Below, one piece after another: positions 1 to 13,041 of a DNA stretch of 64,000 bases. The notes under the pieces are model-generated. The model was given only the letters and a program-made list of their open reading frames with translations, did not search any database and was not told the DNA's origin. Numbering within the stretch: position 1 is the stretch's first letter; every line of letters starts with the position of its first letter. The DNA is from Isurus oxyrinchus. Lineage: Eukaryota. The stretch spans positions 310,001-374,000 of the forward strand of contig JANJGN010000131.1 in assembly GCA_026770705.1 (NCBI GenBank), read 5' to 3'. Made by a program: the position numbers and the translations under genes.

Positions 1-372
1 CAGTAGTCATGGGTTTGGAAAGTGCTGACGAAAGGGCCTTGGTGAATTCCTGCAATGCATCTTGTAGATGCTACACACTGCTGCTACTGTGCGTCGGTGG
101 TGGAGGGAGTGAATATTTGTGGAAGGAGTGCCGATCAAGTGGGATGCTTTGGTGTCAAGTTTCTTGTTTTTGTGTTTAGAAGGTGCACTCATCCAGGCAA
201 GATGAGAATATTCCATCACAATCCTGATATGTGCCTTTAGATGGTGGACTGGCTTTGGAAACTCAGAGAGTGAGTTACTCTTTCGCACAATTCCCAGCTT
301 CTCTGATCTGGTGTTGTGGCCACAATATGGCTAGCCCAGTTTAGTTCCTGGTCAATGGCAACCTCCAGGATG
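1..372 (-). mobile_element. LINE (CR1/L2-type) ORF2 3' fragment
   Basis: ORF 7..288 contains NIHSLHHRRTVAAVCSIYKMHC, the same motif seen in the copies at 4.8-5.0, 27.4 and 61.2 kb. Confidence 0.8.
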
Positions 373-454
373 CTGACAATGCATTTATGACACGTGATGC
401 AATTATTCTAGCTGAAGAATTTTAAATAATTTGACTAGATTATAAACAAATGAA

Positions 455-912
455 ACGAGACTTCACTACTCCTTTCTCCAAATCCTCTTGTGATAAAAGC
501 TAACATTCCATTCGCCTTCCTGATTGCTTCACATGTATGTCATGTTTCAGAGACTTATTGATGAGGGCACCCAGGCCCCCTTGTACAGTTACATTTTGTC
601 GGCTCTCACATTTTAAGAATTAATCTGCACATCTATTGATCCTACCAAACTGAATAACCTTGCATTTTTCTGCGTTAAATTCCTTCTTTCCTGTTCTGTC
701 CCCGCCCCCCGCCACTACGACTGTCCAAATCACCTTGAAACCGCTTTTCATCTTCCTCACAACACATGTTCCCACCAAGCTTTGTGTCATCCTCGAACTT
801 GGAAATATTACATTTGGCGCAAACATCCAAATCATTGATATGTTGTGAACAGCTGGCTCTCAAGTAGTGATCCTTGTGGTACCCCACTGACCACATGCTC
901 ACAAAGTTTGAC
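455..912 (-). mobile_element. CR1-type LINE reverse transcriptase fragment
   Basis: ISKFEDDTKLGG (FADD motif variant) and FNAEKCKVIQFGR in minus-strand ORFs. Confidence 0.8.
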
Positions 913-3900
913 ATTTCACTCTATACTTTCCCCCGCCACCGCCACCCCCACCAAAAAAAATCTCCCACTTAGCCCGCCAGCCCCCCTCACCCCACACCCC
1001 ACACTTTGAAATGACATGCTTCAGTTACTGCTGCAGCAAGAGGAGGCCTTTGGATCACCTAAGGGTGTCACAACACTGATGGAAGCCCTTAAAGCTTTAG
1101 TCTGTTTCTCTCTTCACAAAGGTAGCGAGGGCTGCTGATTATTCCCACATTTCACTTTTTTATTTCAGTTCTGAGCACATTGGCTCCCCCCCTCTCTCTC
1201 CTCTCCTGAACATACTTTTTCCAGATGTGTTCAGGGGGACATTTAAATTGACGAATTTCACTGAGACATAATTTGTGCAGTGGAAATAAACCTTTATTTG
1301 AAACGAGGAGACTCCCCACTCCGAGGTTTTGGGACTGGAATAAATACTGGAATAAAATCACAGAAAGATTTTGAAAAGCTGACATCACTGACCTTTGAAC
1401 CTCTGAAAACCACCCTGCCATCTGCAGGTTAGTCCAAAATGTTTTGAACAAGGTTTCCCTGGGATACTGGAGACACTGCAGCATGTCCGCCCCTGGACTG
1501 TAACCTGCCCGATTGACCTTGTCCTCAAAGCCCCCTTTGTGTAATGACATGAAACTCGAGCCTGGTGGGTGGGAATTTCTCAAACCAGTCCCAAGGCGAA
1601 CCGGACAGTTGCAATAGACAGAAAACCAGCAGGACAAACAGGACTTAGGTAAATTACTTCCCAAATGCAGCGTTTCTGTTAGTCACTAAATCCTGGCGGT
1701 GAAAGATGGAAACCAGCCTCACCCTGTGCTCATCACCGAGATGAAGAGATTGGGAAACAAACAGGTTAAACTCATATTGAAAATGGAAATTCTTCTCACT
1801 GTTTAATAAATTTAACAATTACAGAAAAGGGATATTTCACCACATTCTTCAGCTCCTTTCTGAATTGAGTCTGGGTCACTGCATAAATAGCCGTGTTGGT
1901 GCAACAACTCAGGAGCTGAAACATAAACCCCAGTTCGTGCACAAATTTAGGAAGATTTTCAGGAATAGCATCTAACTAATATGGCCGATTACAAGCAGAA
2001 TAGATCATAAAGATTGCCCACAACAGGATAAAATTCCCCGATATAGCAAACAGTAAAATGATGGATTTCCTGCGTTTCTCCATCTCTGGGTCACTGGCAT
2101 TCTCCCCACTGCAGTGAACCCGGAGTCTCCTGCGGGCTGTGCTCGACACTTAAATATATCTGACAGTTAAAGCATTCAACACCAAAATAAAAACAAATGA
2201 TGCAAATAGAGTTAAAATATAATGAAAAAATTCGATTGCTGCCCACATTGACGAAAGATCAGCTCCAGTCACTAATGTGCAAAACCAAGGAGCGTTGGAA
2301 ATTGCATACTGACCTTCATACATAAAGTACCAGCAAGTGCTCTTCACACAGAACAGCAGACTGACTGTTCTGAGAACCACAGCCGCCGTATGCTCGGTGC
2401 AATAATTTGTTTAAAACTTGTGGGAATAATTGGCCAGAAATCTATTAAAGGGGAAAGAGTCTGTGAACCAGACAGAATAATCTGTGGCTGCATAAAGCAG
2501 GACTGCATGGATATTACACACTGTAATCCTCCATATGAACTGAAACTGAGCCCAGCAACGAATAGCAATTTGCCTGAATATGAGATCAAGGATAACAACG
2601 AGTAGATCCGCAGTTGTCATGGACACCAGGTAACGGGAAACACTTTTTCACAGACCGCACCTTCCCCGAGACCGGGTCACAATAGTCAATAAGTTCACTG
2701 TAAGGAAGAGAAAGACAGGAAATTTACTGATTAACTTAGAGCAACTTTTGCAGACTGAAATTTGAAGAGTTATCCTAGGTCAGAATCTAATTACTATACC
2801 AGTGTTTGAACTTTCCGCTGAAGGGAGGGTTTCAAGTTAAACACCATCCTGTTGTAACAGGAAACCAAATGCAGCAGCAGGTCCCAGCGCCATTTCCTGA
2901 CCTTATTCATGGGGTTCGGAGTGAAAATCAGTCACCCCATTACTAGTCCTGCTCAATATCCCATGAACATGCTCCAAACTGCACGCACGAACATTGGAAA
3001 ATCATTTATAGGATGGGCTATGATTTGTACTGAAGGAAAATGGTTCATTTTTTATTTGACAAGACAGCTGAGTGGAATAATAAGGCTGTGTAAAGAAGTA
3101 AATACAGATTTGAATTCATTCATAAATTGTCCTTCAAATCAGGATATCCGAATGTGTCTTCCTGATAATTATTGCTCTCCCAAAAGCCACAATGAACCCT
3201 GAGACTGTATCCCAGTAACACACACACTCTCGAAAAGAACAAACGAAGAGGTTAGGTAAATGGATCGCTAAAGTGAAGAAAATAAATTAGAGATTGAATC
3301 AGAACTGGATACTGGCCAAGAGAAAGGAGCAGCGGAGAGTGACAGCATCCCAAATTCAGGTTGGTAAGCAGGAGAGATTTTACCAATGGATCGGATGTGT
3401 GTGTTTTGGACCAGGAACTAAATGGGCCAGTGGTTGGGATTTGAGGTTGTTACATAGGAATGCAGGAACTAGGAGCAAGAGCAAGCCAATTGTTCCCTAC
3501 GGCCAAGTCTAATGTAGACTAAGCCTATGGCCTTTTTTCGACCTCTACTTTTTAACACTGTCCTCATTTACATTGATGGCCTTAGAGCCCAAAGATCTAT
3601 CGACCACTTTCTTGACTGTATCGAAACCAACAGCCCTATAGATTTGATAATGCCAAAGATTCTCCACTTTCTGAGAGAACAAGATTCTCCCCATCTCAAT
3701 CCTAAATGGCCAACAGCTTATTCTCAGGCTATGGGTTCGAGTTCTGGACTCCCCAGCTAAGGGAAACATTCTCTCAGCATTTACCCAATGAGGAGACTAA
3801 ATCATTTTCTATGACTCGATGAGATAATCACCCATCCTCTAACTTAAAGAAAATGCACGTCTAATTTGATTGATTGATTGATTGATTAGATACGTATATT

Positions 3901-4034
3901 GTTCAGTAGGCAAGGAGACCGAAACTGTAAACATTAATCCATATGGTTTCTCAACAATCACATGCATAATTCTATGAACAGGTTCCTTACTCGAAGACAG
4001 GGAGCACTGCCATTTATTATCCTAATCACTTGCT

Positions 4035-5245
4035 GCAATATTGTATCCTATCCTCATTACAGCTTTGCTTCAAACATGGACAAAAGAGCTGAACTCCCGA
4101 GGGGAGATGAGAGTGGCTGCCCTTGACATCAAGGCAGCATTTGGCACAGTGTAGCATCAAGGGGCCCTAGAAAACCGTGAGTCAATGGGAATCAGGGGGG
4201 AAATATCTGCTGCTTCTAACCATACCTAGCACAATGGGAGATGGTTGTGGTTGTCGGAGGTCTGTCATCTCAGCTCTAGCAATTCACTGCAGGTTTTCTT
4301 TAGGGTAGTGTTCTCGGTCCAACATGTTCAGCTGCTTCATCAATGACCTTCCTTCCATCATATGGTCAGAAGTGGCATGTTCGCTGATGATTGCACAATG
4401 TTAAGTAGCATTAACGACTCCTCAGGTACTGAAGCAGCCCATGTCCAAATGCAGCAAGACCTGGACAATACAAAGGCTTGCACGGACAAGTGGCAAGTAA
4501 TATGTTCACCGCTCAATTGTCGGGCAATGTCCATCTCCAACAAGGGAGAACCCAATCATCGCCCTTTGTCATTCAATGGCATTCCCATCAATGAATCCCC
4601 AGTATCAAACCCTGGGGTTTACCATTGACCAGAAACGGAAGTGAATGAGCCATCTAAATACTATGGCTACAAGAGCAGGTCAGAGGCTAGGAATAGTGCA
4701 ATGCGTAACTCACCTCCTGATTCTCCACAGCCTGTCCACCATCTGCAAGGCACAAGTCAGGAGTGTGGTGGAATGCTCCTCGCTTGATTGAATGGGTGCA
4801 GCATCCAAAGCACTCAAGAAGCTTGACACCATTCAGGGCAATCGTTGGATTGGCAGCACACCCAAAAACATTCACTCCCTCCACCACCATCGCACAGTAG
4901 CAGCAGTGTGTACCATCTACAAGATGAACTGCAGGAAATCACCAAGGCTCCTTCGGCTGCACATTTCAAACCCTGACCACTGCCATCTAGAAAGACACAA
5001 TCAGCAGACAGATGTGAACACCGCCAGATTCCCCTCCAAGTCACTCGCCTTCCTGACTTGGAATTATATCGCCATTCCTTCACTATTGCTGGGCCAAAAT
5101 CCTGGAAATCCTTTCCGAACAGCACTTTGTGTGCACATACACCACATGGACTGTAGCAGTTCAAGAAGGCAGATCACCACCGCCTTTTCAAGGGCAACTA
5201 GTGATATGTAATAAATGTTGGCCCAGCCAACGAAGCCCATTTCAC
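4035..5245 (+). mobile_element. LINE (CR1/L2-type) 5'-truncated RT and 3' end within the GPCR intron
   Basis: AALDIKAAF, SGMFADDCT, NIHSLHHHRTVAAVCTIYKMNC, ending in an AT-rich tail (gaataataataaaa). Confidence 0.85.
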
Positions 5246-6259
5246 ATGATTGGATAATAATAAAATATATTGCATGTTAGCTTTCTCTAGTTTGTGTACC
5301 TGAGCACCCAAGTTATGAAAATTTACAATTACAGGTGTCTCACCTGTTGAAACGCTGGATGAGGATAGAATGCAACTCGTCTGTGTTACTATCTCAGGGA
5401 AACTAAAGATTATTGTGCAATATTAACACAGGACAGTGATGTGTGTGTAAATTAACACGAAAGATAATTCATAAAATTAATGGTCCTGGCCTCCCATTTG
5501 GTGGTGATACTCGGATGATCAGCGCTGATTGTAAATATAATTAAAGCCTTATTTTTTTCCACCCTTGCGGCATGTTTTGCTTGCCCACGTAGTGGGGTGG
5601 GGGAGATGAGGTGTGCATGAGGTGCGAGGATGTCGGGGTGGTTAGTAGTTGTTTTGGGGATGGGCGAGTAGTTAACGGGCTTTGCAGTCGGTTGGGGGCG
5701 AATGGATGGGCGATGGCTAGTGAGAGGTGTGCAATTGGGTCGAGGCGAAGGCAATCGGGTCAGATTGCGCATTCTGGGGTCAGTAGTTGGGGGGGTGATG
5801 TGGTTTTTTTTGTGTGGGCTGAATGTGGGAGGTCTGTGCGTGGGGGTTGGGCGTGCATGGGCTGCGCCCCACAGTTATTCACTGACACATGCTAGAAATT
5901 AACACCTGGAAAATTCTAGGGCAAGCATGTGTCACACAGCAGGCACAAGAGTCCAAAACTGAAGTCAGTTTTGTGGTCATTGTCAGAGGGGCCCGGGTAG
6001 TACCGATATGCGTATCAGAAGTTTAAAGTTCGCAGGTAATTACCATGCATGCTCCTGGATCAAGACTTTTGATTGGTCCTGATGTGCAGAGCGGCAGACA
6101 TTTCAATATTTACCACTGTTGGCATCGGGCGATCCAGGTTAATGATGCAATCAGAATCAAATTCACCGCAATGGACTCCAGACACCAGCTTCAGATAGAG
6201 GGAAATTACAAAAGAGGGAAATGGCGACCAGGTCAAAGAAGGCTGGCGAAGTGGGAATA

Positions 6260-7310
6260 ACAAAAAAGAACACATGTTAAGAATTATCTTAAAGGATGAT
6301 AAGTTTGTAGCGAGGACAACAGATTTAGGAGGTAATTCAGAACATGAAAGTCTTAATATTTCACTGTGGCCACCCATGCCAACGGCTGCAGACATGTCGA
6401 GAAGAGGAAGGAGAGGGGTTTTGACATTAGTATAGTCACATAAGATAGAATTTGTGCCTTTGCTAAGGACGGTGTAAGAGTTGTAATAAGGGAGAAAAAT
6501 GGTTAGAAGGATTTAAGCATGATGTCCCTGGAAGGTGGGGCGGGTAGCAGCAGGAACAAGGAATTTGCAGAGGAAAGAGAGGTTAGAGATGGAGTGTTTG
6601 CTTACATGGACTGAGGCATCAGGGGTTGTTTATTTACAAGAGCAGGGGTGATGGCTACAGATTGGAGCAGGAGAAGAACAGTGGCTAAGCAGATGGAACT
6701 AATAACTGTATCAGCAACTGAGGAACATGTTGAAGAAGTTCGCTGTTCAGCAGTTTGGTGGGAGTGCACTGAACCAGTCCCCACCAGCAGCCACCCCCCA
6801 GCCCAACCCCTACAGCACACCTTCCACCAAACCAATCAAAAGCTTGGAAATCTCACACATGAAAAATGATGGAACGCTCACTACTCATGGGGATGGGTAT
6901 CACAGCAACACACAATAAGCAGAATCACCTTCAAAAATGGAATAGATTTTCCATCAGTGACCGTTCATCATTAAACTCGATATTTCACCGCCTCCACCTT
7001 TGTGGATACAGGGAGAGTCTCTACATAATCAACAACAACAAAACACCGGGCCTACTTCGACAGCACGTACCAGCACAGCATCATGCAGAAGGTGTGCAAT
7101 GCCGCAAGATTCACCTTCTCTAACGCACCATCCTGACTTGGACCAATAACCTCTCCCTTCATCAGAGTTCTGGAATTCCATAATACCAGATAGGAGCACC
7201 GTCAGCAGAGGGAATAGTTCAGCTCAGCAAGAAGACCCAGCAACAGCTTCTCAGCTCACCTCCAGATGGGTAATAAACGGAACTTTGTCACAAGCATCCA
7301 TTTCCAAGGA
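6260..7310. mobile_element. Older degenerate LINE fragments in the GPCR intron
   Basis: 6830-7300 resembles the LINE 3' end seen at 4.7-5.2 kb; both pieces recur inverted at 58.9-59.9 kb. Confidence 0.5.
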
Positions 7311-8358
7311 ACACATTTTGAAAATAAAAACCTGTGGGAGGGGGATAATGACTTACATCTCTGAATAAAGTAATGCAGAGACAAGGGAAGGAAATTAGGT
7401 CTGTGGGCAGAAATGGGAACGGAGCCAATTGTTGGTGAGGGGAGCAAGTATTGTTGAACAATTATTACATTTTGTACCCTGTCCTAAAAATATAGATTTT
7501 GTGACTGTTAGGCAAAGCGGGAAATGGTGGAATACAAGTTGTTTGGAGCTGAATCATTCTTGGAGATTCTCTCTTGTTCCTGCCTGCTCTGATTGCCACA
7601 GATCAGTGCAAATTACAACCTCCATCAGACAGCAAAACCAATACCTGCAAAATATATTTCGTCTGTGATATTGGGTTTCAGTTCAAAGAGCAGACTGCAG
7701 CTGTTCAATATCTATAATCCATCGCTGATATTTATTGCATTTAATATTCAACCAGCCAAATTATGCAGAAAAAAATCAATTGAAGCAAGTCGTGAGATAT
7801 AAAAACGGTCCATGGAACAGGGAACAGGAAATCGACAACTGGTGAAATGCTACTTGACAGAAACGTAAGGAATTACATGCCACACGACGCAAAAATTACA
7901 AACAATAAATTAATTAGCTCGCATAAAGCACAAAGACAGCAAACACAGTGAAAGATGTTTTATAAAATACATTTCTAAAATAATCACTCACCAGGAATAC
8001 CAACAGCAGCGAGGAGTGGTTAGTAAATCCTTTGTAAATTATAAATTACCCAAAGGATCCGACGTTCAGCTGGAATATTCCAAAACATGATCTCATTTTC
8101 TGTGAGATCTAATGATCGCCTTTAATATTGGGGGCCACTATACTCTTTCAAGCACTGATGTACACAGTGAACACATTGCCTAGATGTAGGCAGAGAAGAG
8201 TCTCCAGTGATTCAATTTAACCATACACTGGCTGACATTAAGTACAGTCACTTAGCAAACAAGATGCCTTAACCCTTTCATTCCATCAATTTCTATGGAA
8301 AAATATAATAAAAACAACATGGCATTCCTGTCAAGATAATTCATTCAAAGCAACCACA

Positions 8359-8366
8359 TGACGTCA
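8359..8366. promoter_or_regulatory. CRE palindrome TGACGTCA upstream of GPCR copy A
   Basis: Perfect TGACGTCA about 270 bp upstream of the ATG; conserved in the inverted copy at 57806-57813. Confidence 0.5.
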
Positions 8367-8974
8367 GCCACTTTCGTGAGAAACAGATTATGGAATCTTG
8401 CAGGCTTGCAGCACACCTTGAGAAATAAGTAGATTCAAATCCAGAGTTCTGATTGTTTTGGTGATAAAAATTCTGCCCAGCAATTTCACGTTATCAATTC
8501 ATTTCTCAGGCGATGAACATAAAACAAGTCCCAGGGGATGGTCAGAAGCAGTAACAGTCCTAAAGGATGTATGGTTGATGATCATCTCGTGATCAGAAAG
8601 TAAAAAGTGAACTGATAATTTGAAACTTATGTCTGGTCTAACACTAAACGTATAAGTGATACCTCCGAGTGACACATATTATGGAAATGATAAAACAGTT
8701 TAACTTGAAAACTGGCCTTGCAAATGATACCCCGGTGTAACAAAAACCATGTAATTGAAATCCATGGAATATTAGTGCCCATGTAGAAAATGGACAATCT
8801 AAATTGACCTTGTGCCTGACACCACAGACTTACAGTGATCACGTAACTGATACCTGGTCGCACAGTGCTCGTTTAAATGATACCGAAATCCAGCAGTGGG
8901 TGTTTTACAGATACTGTCATCAAACGGTTACCATGGGATTAAAACCTGATGTTCTGCTGGCCTTGTATCCGACA

Positions 8975-9310
8975 CTCCGATCTAACAGTGACCTTGTAAC
9001 CAATGTCCCGATCCACAATTTACCTTCTACAAGCAGTCTGTTCTAATCGCCACCTTGTAACTGATAATCCAGCCTAACAGTGACCTTGTAATTGTTATCA
9101 TGATTTAACATTGGCCATGTACTTGATAGTCCAGTCCAGCAGTGACATTTTAACTGATAATTGAATCTAACAGTGACTTTGTACCGGATGTCCCAATTTA
9201 ACCCTGATCATTTATTTGAGGCTCTGGCTGACAATGACCTTGTGACTGATATCCCAGTTTAATAGTGACTTTTTACCCGATCCTACGGCCTGAAATTGAC
9301 CTTTTGTTAC
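8975..9310. repeat. Degenerate minisatellite (~31-bp unit)
   Basis: Recurrent taacagtgaccttgtaactgata.tcc; inverted counterpart at ~56980-57200. Confidence 0.75.
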
Positions 9311-9869
9311 GTTAGTGTCATTGTTCAGATGTGTTTTTTTCAATGTAATCTTTAGTTTTGGAAATTAGAGATTTAACTGATGGCAGTGGGTACATCTGGT
9401 GACGAAACTGGCAAATGCAGCCCTAAATTTAATGCAATGGAAACAGCCTTGGTGTTTATTATTCTTAGAAAGCTGGAGCCATGTTGACTTAAGATTTAAC
9501 AGCCAGGAAGTTAAGGCCTTCATAATGCAGGTGGTCTTAATTAAATAAGGAACAGGAACAGGACGTCTGCAGTTATTCCAATGAATTAAAAGCTATTTAC
9601 GTGGTTTACCAGAATTAAGGAAAGTTTTGGAATTAACGGATAATTATTTTGCCATTCTACATGGTAACAGACCATGTGTGTCATGTTTATGTGAAGATAT
9701 CTGGAGCTCAGTTGAGAGTTTAGAAAAAGATGGAGTGCAAAAATATATTTGTGATCAAAATTCGGTTCAAGTTCGCGGTGTTTGCTTCAAGAATTAAAAC
9801 TTTTGTCAGCTGTAGAGATTTCATACTCTCTCAAACACATGGCCTCACAGTCACACAAATGCAAGTGGG

Positions 9870-11790
9870 TGTGTGCACACACATACACACACACACACAC
9901 ACACACATATATACACAACAGATACAAATGCAGATATACACAACCCCATAAGCAGACTCATGCAGGACATGTAAACATATACATGAATATGTTCATTACT
10001 ATGCTTCAACGAACAGAAAAATATAGATCTAAAGACACACTATCATGCACAATAATGCAAATACATAGGCATTTCCATACACACATTAACAAATTGACAC
10101 ACGGGCACTTAGATGAACAGGCAATAGCATTTTCACACACACTGAACAAGAAACGAAGATGATTATATTCACACACCCACAATAACACAAACACATAGAA
10201 ACACACATTTTAGTACACATGGACAACTAAACAGACATAAACACATAGTTATAAACATCCATCAACACATAAAGGCACGCCGTAACATATTCACACGCTC
10301 ATGCAGGCAAAATTATTAACATAGCAAACAGAGAATCTAAAAAGTCATAATGTCAGATACATTAACAAGCAAGGACGGAATCAAACGCAAAAATAGCTGG
10401 AAAACTCCACAGGTCTGACAGCATCTGCGGAGAGGATCACAGTTAACATTTCAAGTCCGCATGAATCTTCATCAGAATTAAGGAAAAATAGAAATGAGGT
10501 GAAATATAAACTGGTTGAAGGGGTTGGGACAGGTAGAGCTGGATAGAGGGCCAGTGATAGGTGGAGGCAAAGAAGAGATTGACAAAGATGTCATAGGCAA
10601 AAGGACAAATGAATGTTAACGGTGGTGATGTTAGCAAAGGAACATGCTAATGGTGATATTAAGGGTAGAAAGCAGGACGAGCAAGTGACAGATAGCCTCC
10701 GTGGGACTGTGGTGGGGGGAAGTGATCGAAATAGGCTAAAAGGTGGAGGTAAAACAATGAGTGGACATTAAATTAAAAGTATTATAAATAGGTGGAAAAA
10801 GAAAAGCATATTAAAAAATATTTTTTTAAATTATAAAGTATTGCAAATATTGGACTATACGCAGACACCGGTCTGTCTGCCAGCATGACTCAGACCTCCT
10901 GGTCACTTGCCATTTCAACACACCACCCTGCTATCATGCCCACATGTCCGTCCTTGGCCTGCTGCAATGTTCTGGGAATGTCAACGCAAACTGGAGGAAC
11001 AGCACCTCATCTTCTGATTAGGCACTTTACCGACTTCCAGACTTAACATTGATTTCAACAACTTCAGATCATCAATTTTCTCCTCCATCCCCACCCCCTT
11101 TCCGATCCCCTATTTCCAAAAATTTATAATTTTTAAAATATGATTTTTTAAATATATTTTCCTTTCCCCACCTATTTCAATTATTTTTAAATTGATTTCC
11201 ATTCATTTTTCTTCACCTTTTAGCCTATTTCGGTTTCTTCCCCCCACCGCAACCCCATCACATTTCCACCATCAACACCCCTTTATCCTTTACTCGTTGA
11301 CATCATTGGAAATCTCTTCTTTGCCACCACCTATCACAGGCCCTCTATCCAGCTCTACCTATCCCACCCTCCTCAACCAACTTATATTTCACCTCATTTC
11401 TATTTTTCCTCAGTTCTGATGAAGAGTCATCCGGACTCGTAACATTAGCTCTATTCCCCTCCGCAGATGATGTCAGACCTGCTGAGTTTTTGCAGCTATT
11501 GTTGTTTTTGTTTCAGATTTACAGCATCCACAGTATTTTGCTTTTATGGACGTAAACAAACTCTTTGACACAGGCGTTAATAAGTGAACATAAACATCAA
11601 CGCAGAAACAGGCACACTGATACACAAACATTTACAAATGAACAAACAAACATACACAGGTGCGCCACACATAATTAAGCATATCAACATTCATTCCACA
11701 TCAACACACACATCAACATTCATACAACATGGCACACAAACACAGTTAAATGCAGAGCACGAGACACCCCTGCACGCTATACGCAAATAT
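9870..11790. repeat. Degenerate (CA)-rich tract split by a Penelope-like insertion
   Basis: CA/ACAC-rich sequence at 9870-10330 and 11560-11790. Confidence 0.7.
10385..11547 (+). mobile_element. Penelope-like element relic with inverted terminal (pseudo-LTR) repeats
   Basis: 10390-10850 is the reverse complement of ~11100-11510; the middle encodes QRKLEEQHLIF*LGTL..RLNIDFNNFR, typical of the C-terminus of the Penelope GIY-YIG ORF. Confidence 0.75.
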
Positions 11791-12379
11791 ATATTTGAAA
11801 AAAAACAATTGCCAGACGGAAGTCTTTTTCAAGTGTCCTTTTTTAGCGGGCACATCTTCCAAAAATTTCTGGGAGCACATAAAGACCCAGGAAACACACT
11901 GAAGCAATGTTCTGAATTATAAACTGATTTAAGTTAACTATGTGCCAAACATTACTACCACAAATAAATAAACAAGTTGAAAATTTACAGAGTTCAGAAT
12001 CTCAGAATTAATAGCGATCAGTACCTACCATTAAAATAATTGTTATCAATTATTAAACGTCCTGCAATTTACTGCATAATATAATCCAATGATAGGCCGC
12101 ACGAAATTGATCCAAATGAACTGGTACCGAAGGGGGAAAAGACAGTTTGTTTCCAATACGGGCAGGATGAGGAAAGTAAAGTGAGAACAGCTGTGGGGTT
12201 AGTGACAGGCAGAGATTGCTGAGAGTCGCCAATTTATTACCAGATATGCACTGAAAATGTAATGAGAAGACAAATCAATAGTTTGAGGGAAATACAATAG
12301 ATTTAATATATATTTTAAAAAGTAAGATGCCCTTGGATTCTAACAATGTAATTAAATTTCCTCGGTTATATTCCTGTAG

Positions 12380-12656
12380 ATTCCACAGAACGCATGTGGA
12401 TTGAAGACAATGAGGACGATAACGGGAACGTCTGCACAACAGCTTCCACCTCCATTGCCCTGTTCGTCCTGAGCATTTTCTACAGAACTGCCGTCACTCT
12501 GGTGAATGTGAGAAAATTGAATTTACTAACACGACAATCTGACAGAAGCGGTTTGAAAACTTTCTTAATGTTTCAACGATTAAGATCTATGACATAAATG
12601 CACCAGTTCATAAACATCTGCTTCATTATATTCTCCCTCTTTTACAGATCAAGTGA
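12380..12656 (+). pseudogene. IGHM: Orphan immunoglobulin heavy-chain (IgM-like) membrane exons TM1 (12380-12507) and TM2 (12648-12656)
   Basis: Acceptor ttcctgtag, then (D)STERMWIEDNEDDNGNVCTTASTSIALFVLSIFYRTAVTLVN|gtgaga, then tttacag|ATC AAG TGA. Matches the IgH TM consensus (N.WTTASTFI.LF.LS.FYS.AVTL.KVK) with W>C, F>S and K>N changes; no CH exon recognised upstream. Isotype (IgM vs IgW) is by recognition only. Confidence 0.88.
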
Positions 12657-13041
12657 TCGGTTGAATTTCGGACCCCGTAGCTTTTCCTTTAATTCCAATT
12701 TAAAATATGTTCTCTTGGTCACTGTAAAAGTGAAATGTTCTCACTTTGTAATTCCGGATCTGTAACCGAACCTGCCATAGAATTTCCGTTTGTCTGTTTG
12801 AAATGTGCGAGGTGTTAATGGTCGTAATGAAACTGAAGCATCTAATTTCCATGGACTTAGAATTCCATTTGTCTTTAATTAACTTTTCTCGTTCTGTTTT
12901 CACTATTGTTCCCTTCCCTTTCTGTTGAGCCGCTGTTTTCTCTTTCTGATCTATGTTTCCGTGGTACATACGGTTTACCAACTCAGAGTGCATGTTCCCA
13001 ATGTGACGCTCAGGCATTATATTCACGTCTGTTAACCATAA

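Larger units (their letters stand above)
1796..8088 (-). pseudogene. GPR139-like class A GPCR pseudogene (copy A), two exons: 8088-7992 and 2697-1796
   Basis: Exon 1 MFWNIPAERRILWVIYNLQRIY*PLLAAVGIP with G|gtgagt donor. Exon 2 follows acceptor cttccttacag and encodes TM1-TM7 (NLLTIV..SMTTADLLV..FNRFLA..DPEMEKRRKSIILLF..LLSCCTNTAIYAVTQTQFRKEL). Five in-frame stops (8020, 2648, 2411, 2150, 1976); no frameshift seen. Confidence 0.92.
2147..9820. repeat. Left arm of a large inverted segmental duplication
   Basis: Co-linear reverse-complement similarity to ~56430-64000 throughout (GPCR exons, intron, embedded LINEs, promoter, minisatellite); e.g. 9461-9495 matches 56755-56787 and 9750-9815 matches 56435-56500. 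Confidence 0.93.

Noticed and set aside
1152-1664. 170-aa minus-strand ORF
   Set aside because: Non-ATG start, no recognisable domain, overlaps repeat-derived and low-complexity sequence
3399-3430. FGPGTK motif resembling a J segment (FGTGIK in the inverted copy)
   Set aside because: No upstream heptamer/nonamer and no splice donor at the expected distance; lies antisense in a GPCR intron
8975-9310. Regularly spaced ~31-bp repeats superficially like a CRISPR array or Ig switch region
   Set aside because: Degenerate tandem units without unique spacers in a vertebrate genome, and not AGCT/G-rich like a switch region; ordinary minisatellite
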